This document shows positions 1-11,155 of a DNA stretch of 64,000 nucleotides, piece by piece (position 1 is the stretch's first letter; the number at the start of each line of letters is the position of its first letter). The position numbers and the translations under genes were made by a program. The notes under the pieces were generated by a model that was not told the origin of the DNA, made no database searches, and saw nothing but the letters and a program-made list of their open reading frames with translations. Source of the stretch: Octopus vulgaris (lineage: Eukaryota); the NCBI GenBank assembly GCA_951406725.2, contig OX597829.1, forward strand, positions 48,546,001-48,610,000. The letters are read 5' to 3'.

Positions 1-51
1 TGATTCGGATCAACCGGAACCCTCATCGTCGTAACCGACGGAGTGCTTCCA

Positions 52-287
52 CTATTTAAGAAGAGTGGTCTCGGTGCGCGCACTCGCGTACTCGCACATC
101 CGCGCTAGCTAGTAGAGACTAGTCGATCCTACAACGACTACCTAGCAAAGTAAATAAAACACAAAATAAATAATTTTTTAAAAACAAAGTAAATAAAACA
201 CAAAAAACACAAAGTAAGGATCGACTAGTCACAACTAGTTAGCGTAGATGCGCGAGTGCGCGCACCGGGACCACTCTTCTTAAATAG
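52..287. mobile_element. Short palindromic MITE (Tc1/mariner-like, non-autonomous)
   Basis: Terminal IR CTATTTAAGAAGAGTGGTC(T/C)CGGTGCGCGCACTCGCG at 52 with its reverse complement ending at 287. Inner IR ACTAGTCGATCCT/AGGATCGACTAGT. TA on the right flank; the left flank abuts a SINE 3' end. Confidence 0.75.
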
Positions 288-589
288 TACCGAAGGAACC
301 TTCATATAATCTTACAGAAATCGTGAAGCTCATATCTTTTGTCTTTTACTTGTTTTAGTCATTAGACTGCGGCCATGCTGGGGCACCGCCTTGGAAAATT
401 TATTTTTAATCGAATGAATTAACTCCAGTACTTACTTTTTTTTTAAAGCCTAGTACTTATTCTATCGATTATCCGAACCGCTAAGTCACAGGGACGTAAA
501 CACCTCAGCACCGGTTGTCAAACTGTAAAGGAGGACAGACACATGTATATATACATGCAGAAAGATATACACATGTAGAAACACACACA

Positions 590-1277
590 CACAGGCGCAT
601 AAGTTGGATTTAAGAAGCATCAGATGTGGTATGCAAGAGAGACGACTGCACTGGTATGGTCATGTGATGCATATGGATGAGGACAGCTGTGTGAAAAACT
701 GTCACACCCTAGCAGTTGAGGGAACCTGTGGAAGAGGTAAACCCAGGAAGACCTGGGATGAGGTGTTAAAGTATGACCTTCGAATGTTGGGCCTAACTGA
801 GGCGATGACAAATGACTGAGACCTTTGGAGATCTGCTGTGCTTGAAAAGACCCGGCAAGCCAAGTGAGACCATAACTGTGGCCTATGCCAGTGGGTGTAA
901 CCAGCCCATTTAAGAGTGCCCTTCAATCATTGAGCAATAAACTGTGCTTTTGAAACCCTGTTGAGGCAAGTGAAGTTGATGTCATGGGTGATGACAGTAC
1001 AGCCTGATTGGCACCTGTGCCAGTGACATGTAGAAAGCACTATTTGAGCATGGCCAATGCCAGTACTGCCTGACTGACCCTCGTGCCGGTGGCACATAAA
1101 AAGCACCCACTGTACTCTCAGAATGGTTGGCATTAGGAAGGGCATCCAGCTCTAGGAACATTGTCAGATTGATTTGGAGTCTGGTGCAGTCTTCTGGCTC
1201 ATCATCTCTCACTCAAACTGTCCAACCCATGCCAGCATGAAAAGCAGATGTTAAATGACGACGACGATGATGATGAT
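590..1277 (+). mobile_element. 5'-truncated RTE-clade LINE: RT C-terminus, 3' UTR and (ATG)n tail
   Basis: ORF 604-819 reads RRLHWYGHVMHM...GRGKPRKTWDEV, the typical RTE C-terminal motif. It is followed by the 3' UTR that recurs throughout the window and a GATGATGAT tail. Confidence 0.85.
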
Positions 1278-1344
1278 GTTTGTAGAAAAACATTAATCCG
1301 GAGAAGAAGCACACTTTAAGATGTAGAGCAGTTAATATTACATT

Positions 1345-1504
1345 GAGGGGGGGATGCTGGTTTATGGGGTTACCCTGGGTTTCTTGTCTATAAGGGGTTT
1401 GATCTTATGGCATATCGTCATACCCCAAACCTGTTGGCCGTGCTGTAAGGCCAAATCCCTATGGATGAGAAACCCTGTGTAACCCCATAAACTGGTCACC
1501 CTCA
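1345..1504. repeat. Degenerate palindromic MITE-like element
   Basis: GGTTTATGGGGTTACCCTGGGTTTCT pairs with AGAAACCCTGTGTAACCCCATAAACT; the arms extend imperfectly. Confidence 0.55.
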
Positions 1505-1622
1505 TTTGAGAATATTTAAACCACTTATATGGATAGTTTTATCAAAGATACCTTGCTTTAATATATTATATTTCTAAGAGGTATTTCTTCAATAAATATA
1601 TTATAAAGCATCAAATATTATT

Positions 1623-1813
1623 AAGTTTGAAATGGAGAGATTCAATGGATAAAAATTAATTTATTAATTATTTAACATTGCCTACAATTGTTTCACTTTG
1701 CACCCAATTTAAATTACGGGACATGTATAATAACAAAAGTTTGCATTTTGTGCAGGCAATGTTGAATAATTAATAAATTTATTTATAGCCATTGAATCTC
1801 TCCTTTTCAAACT
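1623..1813. repeat. Inverted-repeat element, possibly Penelope-derived
   Basis: About 60-bp arms, AAGTTTGAAATGGAGAGATTCAATGG...AACATTGCCT and AGGCAATGTT...CCATTGAATCTCTCCTTTTCAAACTT. The internal minus strand has GAAAC-AATT-GTA. Confidence 0.6.
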
Positions 1814-1822
1814 TGTTAAATA

Positions 1823-1853
<31 letters not shown>

Positions 1854-2472
1854 AGAGTGTTAGAAGCGGCGTACAGATATTACTCTTTACTCTTTACTCT
1901 TTACTTGAATAAATATATATATAAATGAACAACCTGCTTGCACATTCACAATTTTATTTGACGTGTTTGAAGACAAACCAAAGGACTAATAATAACGAAT
2001 AAATAAAGAAAAATTAAAAAAAAAGTTATGGTGACCTTTTTTTTTTTCTCAACCCTGCATTGTTGGATATAATTTCTTTCTTTGAAATATCTTAACAACT
2101 TTTCAAGCTGATCACATGGAGGAATAGTGTTCATATCCATTTCAGATGAAAACATATATATATATATATATATACATCAGAAAGTAAATTCCATATACAG
2201 TATATTATTTTACTTGTTTCAGTCATTTGACTGTGGCTATGCTAGAGCACTGTCAAGCAAATTGACCCCAGAACTTATTCTTTGTAAGCCTAGTACTTAT
2301 TCTATTTATCTCTTTTGCTGAACTGCTAAATTACGGTGATCTAAACACACCAACATCAGTTGTCAAGTGATGTTGGGAGACAAACACAGACACACAAATA
2401 CATACATACATACATACACATATATAGATATGTATATATAATCAAAATAAGCAATAGGGTATCAAGAAGTGA

Positions 2473-2558
2473 TGCAGTATGACCATTTCGAGCGGCTCTG
2501 TTTAATTGAACAATGCAATCATTACATCAATTTAGATGTAGAGCTATCATCAGCTGCA
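2473..2558 (-). ncRNA. Decayed type I hammerhead ribozyme (Penelope-like)
   Basis: Minus strand reads TGCAG-CTGATGA-[about 55-nt imperfect hairpin]-C-GAAA-T-GGTC-A-TA-CTGCA. Both core boxes and a 5-bp stem I are present; the base at the start of stem II is mutated. Confidence 0.5.
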
Positions 2559-3329
2559 CAAATAAATAGAATTTTAACAAGTAGGACACATTAATATAAT
2601 TTTTCCCAAATACTTTAACAGAGCAAGAAGATGGAAGAAATCCATGTTGTCACTATTGTAGCTAAGAATAGATTATACTTCCAAGAAAGGCATGAAGCCC
2701 ACTGGGGTCACAGCTTGTAAAGGATTGTGGTTCATTTCTAATTTATTTGTCTTCTTATCAACTACTAAATCTAAGACTGGAGGACTGTCTCTTTTGAATG
2801 AAGGGCAAGAGTGAGTTAGCAGCTCATGGCTAGGTATGGTCATAAATATTGTCAAGACATTAGGAGTAGTAAAGGGGGTATAGAGTAACTGTCTATAAAC
2901 GAGGCTGGGTAGGGGAAGACCCTAAATCATGATGTTAATTACCAGTTAAAGGGGCAAGACACCAATAAAACCTATGATGTTAATACAGAGCAAATTTTAT
3001 CAGAGGTTCTTTGGGTGACTGTTTATAAACAAAATTGTTGTTTTATGAAAATAAGATTTAAGATTATCAAAAATGATATCATAATCAAAATAGGTCAAAT
3101 GTGTGTATATATCAATTTTCAACATTAAGAATGAAAGATTACATAGAATCAGTTCAATATTCATTCATGTACTTAATTAATTACTTATTCGATGGTTTCT
3201 ATAAAAACTGCTCAGGGCATTTACTTATGGAATACTGGGAAGATAAACATGGTATCTATATATTAATTATAAGCCAAGAATCAGAAAAAATAAAGATGTG
3301 TAGAAATACACACATACATCTATCTATGT

Positions 3330-3370
<41 letters not shown>

Positions 3371-4244
3371 GTGAGCAATTTACTTTTATAGAACAAGGAA
3401 ATTTACCATAAGAAAATGAAAGAGATAATTTGAGAGAGATCTTTTCTGCTATTGTCTCAGATTTTGAAATTCTAAAATTAAGTGAAAATTTTCAAATTCA
3501 CACACACACACACACACATATATGACGGTCTTCTTTCAGTTTCTGTCTACCAAATCCACTCAGAAAGTTTTGGTCAGCCAAAGGCTAGAGTAGAAGACAC
3601 TTGCCCAAGATGCTATGCAGTGAGACTGAAACCAGGACCATGTGGTTGGTAAGCAAGCTACTTACCACACAGCCACTCCTGATATATATATATGTATATA
3701 TATCATCACGATCATCATCATCCCTTCATGGTCAATAGAATAAAGTACCAAACGAGTACTGAGGTCAATGTAGTCAACTTACTTCCTTCCCAACAAAATT
3801 TTTGCTCTTTAGCCCTGCTAAAATGCCAGTCTTTGGACTGGCATTCTCTTCGGAATATGTTGTAATCTCAGTCATTTACACGCCATAGGAACCGGGAAAC
3901 CAACCTTATGTGTTCTACGGCTTGAGAAAAAATAGAAAATTAATTGGTGCTGTAGGTGTGTGGTAAGAAGCTAACTTCCCGATCACATGGTTCCGGGTTC
4001 AGTCCCATTGCATGGCACCTTGGGAAAAATGTCTTCTACTATAGCCTCAGGTCAACCAAAACCTTGTGAGTGGATTTGGTAGATGGAAACTGAAAGAAGC
4101 CTATCGTATGTATATATATATATATAGATTTAAATTCAAAATGGCTGACATCTAGCACCATGCTTGAAACTCAAGAGTACCAATGAATTTGAATCAAACT
4201 GTTTTGATCCATATATATATACATATATACATACATACATACAC

Positions 4245-4276
<32 letters not shown>

Positions 4277-4559
4277 ATTTATGTGCATATGTTTGTCCCC
4301 TTCCCACCATCACTTGACAACTGATGTTGATCTCTGTAAATTAGCAGTTCATCAAAAGAGACTGATAAAATAAGCACTATGCTTATAAAGGGTAAGTCTT
4401 CAACTAAAACCTTTTAAGGCAGTGCTCCAGCATGGCTGCAGTCAAATGACTGAAACAAGTAAAAGAATAAAAAAAATAATGTTTACACAAATGCACACAC
4501 AGCAGTGTATGAAACAAACACACCCTGTCATAAAGACACCCGGGTAGGTGCATAAACAA

Positions 4560-5260
4560 TCATACAAGCACATGGATATACAGTTGAATAGTTGCGGTCA
4601 CAAAGAAGTACGTGACCTGGGAGTATCTAATGTAAACAAGAAACAGAAAAGCAAAAAAGGGGAGAAAATGGGAAAATTCATAAGTGGGGGGTATAGAAGA
4701 GAGGAAGGCGGTGGGGCTGGAGGAAACAAAATGAAGAAGCCGAGAAAACTGAGGCAGTTATTCATGCCATAGGGAGCAGGGGACCAGGGGACCCAGTTTG
4801 AAAGTGCACTTCTATATGTACTTGTGGTGGAATTCAACTGTACATGAAGAATGTTTGAAGGTCGGCATTTGTGAGAGATGCAGCATTGGGGATGAATGAA
4901 ACCAGCTCAACCCATCCCGGGTGAATGCTGTCTCAAGACAAGACAAGACAAGCATTCAGCTGGGGTCGGTCAAGCTGGCTCTGACCGAAGAGTTCTCCAT
5001 GTCCTTCACAAATGCTGACCACATCCGATGATCAGCTGAGCAGACACTGTAGATGCTATTCTTTGTCGAGGTTTAGACCCTAGTTTGAAAGTGAATCATT
5101 GCTCTTTCTTAGATATCAGATCTAACCTAATGCCATGATATTGGAGAATCTGCAGATGTAGATACGGTAGGGAAGTGGTTCAATGAATTGAAATAGCAGG
5201 CTATAGCTCTGGGAATTCCCATTATGTTGTTGTCATTGCCAAGCAGATCTTTTCCAGTCT
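4560..5260 (-). mobile_element. Decayed Penelope-like element 3' ends (GIY-YIG C-terminus), two tandem remnants
   Basis: Minus-strand translations FKLG...APYGMNNCLSF (about 4750-4805) and AIACYFN...KEQ*FTFKLGS (about 5070-5210) resemble the EQxxIFxLGTLxPxGxN end of PLE endonucleases. Confidence 0.4.
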
Positions 5261-6553
5261 TCCTTGGATTCTGAACTTTTCCTTATGATTCTTTAAAATG
5301 TTTTATTCTTTACCATATCTTATTTACAGCTAACTCATTTATCATTAATCATTTCATGATACTTTTACTGTAATGTTACAAATACAGCTCCTAATTCTTA
5401 CTGTCTCCAAGACTTTTCTTTATTACTTATAGTTAATCCAACCTTTAGAATCACTCTCAATGAGTCTCTTGGGTCAGCATTGTTTCAATCATATATTTCA
5501 GTTCTAATGTTTTATTGACAGGCGGAATCATATTCTTGAAAAATTATTTTCATTTTATTAGTTAACCTTTTTAGATTGAGAGCAGTAATGTCTCAATGGG
5601 ACCTGTATGAAAAATGTTTATAATTTGATTCAAGTTAGTTGTTTGTAAGGGGGTAGGCATCATGTAGGGTTAACATAGTTTTAGAAGAGAAAAGGATGGA
5701 ATATTTAATAAGAGTGTCTGTGAGTTGCTAAGATATAGTAAGAATGATAAAAGCTGAATGGAGAGAGAGAGAGAGGAAGGAAGAGATGGGTTATTATTGT
5801 TTCTTGTTTTGGGTAATCACACTTGTTGGGTAGCCTCCATCGAGCTGACCCCTGATGTAAAGGGGCTGGCATAAATACAACAGCTTCAGTGTATTTTTAC
5901 TTTTTGTTGAACATTGTTTATTTTATATTTTTAAATTTCATTTTCACTTGTTTCACTAGGTGGACTGTGCCTGTGCTGGGGGTCAAACAAATCAATTCCA
6001 GTACATTTTTTTTTTTTTTTTTAAAGTCTAGTACTTGTTGTATCAGCCTCTTTTGCTGAACTGCTAAGTTGTGGTTGTCAAGTGGTGGCAAGGGACAAAG
6101 CACCCACACGCACACACACACACGATGGAATTTTATCAGTTTCCATTTACCACATCCACTCAGAAGGTTTTGGTTGACCCAAAGCTGTAGTCTAAAAATA
6201 CTTGCCCAAGGTACCATACAGTGGAACTGTACCCCAAACCATGTGGTTTGGAAGCAAATCACTTACCTCACAGTCATGTCTGCACTATCATCATCACCAC
6301 CACCACCACCACCACCATCATGAAAATCATCATCATCATCATCATCATCAAAATCACCACCACCACCATCCTCATCATCGTCATCATCATCATTGGACGT
6401 CTATTTTCCATGCTGGCATGGGTTAGATAGTTTGACTGGAGATGGCCATCTGAATGGCTGTCCAGGGTTCATGTCCATTTTGGCATGGTTTCTGTGGCTG
6501 GATGCTCTTCCTAATGCCAAACCAAGTTTATTATTGTTTTTGTTGCTATAGGA

Positions 6554-7227
6554 CATAGGTTCTCAACCATTTTTTCTTTTATCAATGGACTCCTTTGATT
6601 ACTATTTTATCCAGGTAATCCTCATTGCCATTCATCATCATTGTTTAATGTCCATTTTCCGCGCTAGCATGGTTTGGACGGTTCGACCAGGGTCTGGGAA
6701 GCCAGGGTCTGGGAAGCCAGGGGCTGCACCAGGCTCCAGTCTGATCTGGCAGTGTTTCTACAGCTGGATGCCCTTCCTAACGCCAACCACTCCGTGAGTG
6801 TAGTGGGTGCTTTTTACGTGCCACCTGCACAGGTGCCAGGGGGGTCTGGCATTGGCCACGATCAGTTGGTGCTTTTAACGTGCCACCGGCACGGAAGCCA
6901 GCCAAGGCGGCGCTGGCATCGGCCACGTTCGGATGGTGCTTTTATGTGCCACCGGCACAGAAGCCAGTCAAGGCGGCGCTAAAAACTAGTCTAACAGAAA
7001 CTTCTTTCAAAATCCCTATTTTGTTTTTCACACGTTCTCTTGTGTAGGTTGAACTACGTAAAATGTGAAAGAAAGAACCCTAGCTGATTCTTGTAATAAA
7101 TACCAAGACATACATCTAAAGCAACATTTTTTCAGGGACCCTCAAAAAACTATTGTAGATCCACAACTTACTATTTTGTTATGTGAACCCTCAAAAATCT
7201 TATATGGACCCTGGTTGAGCATTACTG
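6554..7227. mobile_element. hAT/Charlie-like MITE interrupted by an RTE 3' fragment (6635-6982, -)
   Basis: Termini CATAGGTTCTCAAC ... GTTGAGCATTACTG. The internal sequence is similar to the neighbouring element at 7387-8743. Confidence 0.5.
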
Positions 7228-7386
7228 CTGTGAGAGTGCCAAGTTGGTTATGGTAAAAGCATTCTTGTCACGAGCATCTCTTATTTTCTTACAATGCTGA
7301 TAGGATTACATTTTTTACATTACAGAAGTGTGGTTTGTTGGAACTTTAATTACTATTTCTAGCGGATCCTGTCTGACCCTGTAGAA

Positions 7387-7948
7387 CAGTGGTTCCCAAC
7401 AATTTTTTACCTATGGATCCTGTATATTCCTATTTTACTTGGATTGGGCCTCCTAGCCATTTGATATTTAAAAAATCTAATCATGTTTTTATAATTAAAA
7501 TATATTTTTATAATAAAAACATTATCAGGAATTGTATCAAAAATTGTTAAAATATTTTGTGTATTATTCTTTTATTCTTTTACTTGTTTCAGTCAATTGA
7601 CTGTGGTCGGCCATGCTGGAGCACTGCTTTTAGTTAAACAAATTGACCCCTGTCGGTCGCTTTTTGCCAAACCACTAAGTTACGGGAATGTAAGCACACC
7701 AACATCGATTGTCAAGTGATGGTGGGGGAACAAACACAGACACAAATAACAAATACACACACACACACACATATATATATATATTAATTGCATAGTATTT
7801 TTATTTGTGCTGTTAAACGTTTTAATCCTTTCTGTTTTCCTCACATACTGTTTTTCTCTGTTATCTTGGTGTGGTATGGTGGATAAATTTAAGACTTTAG
7901 CTCTTATTTCTAGCAGGTGGATGCTTGTTAAGCATCCTTACACTTTGT

Positions 7949-7990
<42 letters not shown>

Positions 7991-8472
7991 TCATTATCGT
8001 TTAACGTCCGTTTTCCGCGCTAGCACGGGTTGGATGGTTCGACTGGGGTCTGGGAAGCCAGGGGCTGCACCAGGCTCCAGTCTGATCTGGCAGAGTTTCT
8101 ACAGCTGGATGCCCTTCCTAATGCCAACCACTCCGCGAGTGTAGTGGGTGCTTTTTACGTGCCACCTGCACAGGTGCCAGGGGGGTCTGGCATCGGCCAC
8201 GATCGGTTGGAGCTTTTAACGTGCCACCGGCACGGAAGTCAGCCAAGGCGGCGCTGGCAACGGCCATGTTCAGGTGGTGCTTTTTTATGTGCCACCGGCA
8301 CTGGAGCCAGTCGAGGCAGTGCTGGCATCGGCCACGTTCGGACGGTGCTTTTTATGTGCCACCGGCATAGAAGCCAGTCGGGGCAGTGCTGGCATTGGCC
8401 ACGTTCGGATGGTGCTTTTTATGTGCTACCAGCACAGAAGCCAGTCGAGGCGGCACTGGCAACAGCCACGTT

Positions 8473-8508
<36 letters not shown>

Positions 8509-8743
8509 TTTCAATTCCCATCTACCAAATCCACTCACAAGGCTTTGGTCGGCCTGAGGCTATAGTAGAAGACACTTTCCCAAGGTGTCATGCTGTGGGA
8601 CTGAACCCAGAACCATGTGTTTAGGAAGCAAGTTTCTTACCACACAGCCACACATGTGCCTATTGTAAAAGTATGACCAATTTCTTGCAGATAAATTTTT
8701 TGTAACAACAAAGTCTTATATGGATCCAGGTTGAGAATCACTG
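7387..8743. mobile_element. hAT/Charlie-like MITE with nested SINE and RTE fragments
   Basis: TIRs CAGTGGTTCCCAAC ... GTTGAGAATCACTG. Contains a SINE piece (about 7575-7780), an RTE 3' UTR (about 7990-8475, -) and a SINE head (about 8505-8660, -). Confidence 0.55.
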
Positions 8744-8992
8744 ATATAGAGGTTCCCTCATTGATTCATGTAGGTGTCTGGAGCGGAGGATGATGTCTTT
8801 GCAGAAATATCGTAGTAATTAGCTTTGGGCATGATATATGGATAAATTTGTGTGGGTTGTGAGAATTATGTTAATCAAAATTAATTTAGTGTTCGTAAAA
8901 ACTAATTAATTTTTCAGATTATTAACCTCATTTATGATGATGAAAAAAATCTTTAAAAAAATATTTCAAGTTATTTAAGTAATGGATTCTTT

Positions 8993-9052
<60 letters not shown>

Positions 9053-9739
9053 CCATTTGCCTTCAGAGTGCCTGGTCATAATGTCAGGAAGGAATGTAAA
9101 ATATCATATCACTGTTTTGTTCTTTGGTAACTAGTAATGACATGGAATGTCAACATTTGTGCACATATGCACACATATACACACACCACACATACACACA
9201 CATGCACACATATATGCACATACATGTATAATCATGTATAATCAAAAGGGATGAGAACACAAGCGCAGATAGTGTGTGTGCCGCCCAGGGTGGCCCTTCT
9301 GTTTGTCTCCTCTGAATCCCACAAGGAGAACACATATTGCTTACAGCAAACCCAAACGTGCTGCCCCTTTAAAAGTGCCGTCTGGGGCAGACCGCGCCAC
9401 TGCTACATTAGTGGATCAGAGTAGGTTCTTGTTGCAGAGGAGCTACATAGCTACTCACATCCAGAAGAGAGTGAGAGGGAACTGTAAAGAGATAAAAAAA
9501 TGCTTGTGGGAATTGCCCTTATCCTATGTAAAATACTGTCTATGTAATCTCAAACCCTAAAACAAATTTATAATCATTTTCTTATGTTTTCTTAAACATT
9601 CTCTAGAACAATATTTTGTGCAAAACCAGATATATGACACCCTAGTCATAACACCAACATGAACGTGTTGTTTCTTGAGGTCTCTGGGTAAGACTTGGAG
9701 TCAACTTGTACAAATACAAAGCAAAAGTCAAATATATAA

Positions 9740-10265
9740 TCATCATCATCATCATCGTTTAACATCCGTTTTTCATGCTAGCATGGGTTGGACGGTTCAA
9801 CCAGGGATCTGGGAAGCCAGAAGGCTGCACCAGGCTCCAGTCTTATCTGGCAGTGTTTCTACAGCTGGATGCCCTTCCTAACGCCAACCACTCTGTGAGT
9901 GTAGTGGGTGCTTTTTACGTGCCACCTGCACAGGTGCCAAGCGAGGCTGGCAATGGCCACTGTCGGATTGGTGCATTTTACGTGCCACCGGCACGGAAGC
10001 CAGTCGAGGCAGCACTGGCATCGGCCACGATTTGGATGGTGCTTTTTACGTACCACCAGTCCAGGGGTCCTGGCATCTGCCGGGTGCCAGTCATAGGATT
10101 GGTTCAATTTCGATTCCGATTTCGATTTCACTTGCCCCAACAGGTCTTCACAAGCAAAGGGTGGTTGCCATGGGTGCCTGTCGTCGGATGAGGTTCGATA
10201 TTGACTTTGCTTGCCTCAACAGGTCTTTGTGTGTCCAAGGGAGGAAAGGCATGCATAAGTGGGCT
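9740..10265 (-). mobile_element. 5'-truncated RTE 3' UTR copy
   Basis: (CAT)n at the left end is the tail on the minus strand; the body matches 870-1277 in reverse. Similar copies lie near 17700-18040(+), 24808-25082(+), 26640-26910(+), 31440-31940(-), 35111-35480(-), 44215-44435(-), 48720-49008(+), 49520-49737(-), 52470-52826(+), 56015-56236(+) and 62620-62830(-). Confidence 0.8.
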
Positions 10266-10601
10266 AATTAATTCTTTTATTAGCCATGAGGATTCACATA
10301 CAATAACATTAAAAGACATGCAACAACATAAAAGACAAAAATGGAATGATGCAATGGGTTTTACAGTGTGGAAACAAAAAAAAAACAATAAAAAATCAAA
10401 CAAATTAAAACTCCATTAGGGGAAGTGCTTTAAGGTCGTTGTGGAAAACCCCACAAAAGCTATGGTTGCCTTATCAACAGGGCAAGAGCCCTTCTCCTTT
10501 GATACCTTTTTTACAGGTGCACACTCAGAATTGGTCCTTTCACCACTGGCCATTCTTCCAACATTCCCCCACCTTTCAACAAACTTGCTACAAGGCAACA
10601 C

Positions 10602-11155
10602 AACTACAAGGCCGACATAAGTCCGATGGCTATGAAACCACCCTTTCAAAATCCTCCAATGAAGAATCGAATACCGCAGCTCATAGTAGAGAACTTTTTG
10701 CCCACTCAAGATCAGCAATAATATATGGCAAAGCTGAATCCACCTGTGATACAGGCATAAACCGCCTAAAAGATGACATTAATTTTGTTTCCATTTTGGT
10801 TGGAGAATTGTTCTCTGTGAACGAAAATGTCAGTGTTCTTAAGGTCGCTCGGCTAGGAAGATTCCAAGCGAACCCAACCGCAGATACTAGACCACGCCCA
10901 ATAAGGGTAATCTTTTCTTCTGATCGGGAGGCTTCAGTCTTTCTGAACAGAGCTCAGACGCATGCCTGAGAGGACCCCAATATGGGTTTTCGCGAGGAAT
11001 ACTCACTAAGAGAGAGAATTCGCCAGAGGAACCTGATATCCGAACTAAAGATGAGGAAGCAAATGGGAGAGAAGGGTTTACGAATCCAAGATGGACAGAT
11101 AATCAAGTCCTACCTCTGGTCCCATGCTGTAGTGCTGACAGGGAAAGTGATGTGA
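10602..11155 (+). pseudogene. LINE ORF1 C-terminal part (CR1-type) with premature TGA at 10967-10969
   Basis: SAIIYGKAES...RLGRF...RPRPIRVIF, then after one TGA the same frame continues EDPNMGFREEYSLRERIRQRNLISELKMRKQMGEKGLRIQDGQII to a stop at 11153-11155. Confidence 0.75.

Noticed and set aside
6674-10191. Family of small proteins sharing CTRLQSDLAVFLQLDALPNANHS
   Set aside because: This is the antisense translation of the RTE 3' UTR repeat; starts, frames and stops vary between copies.
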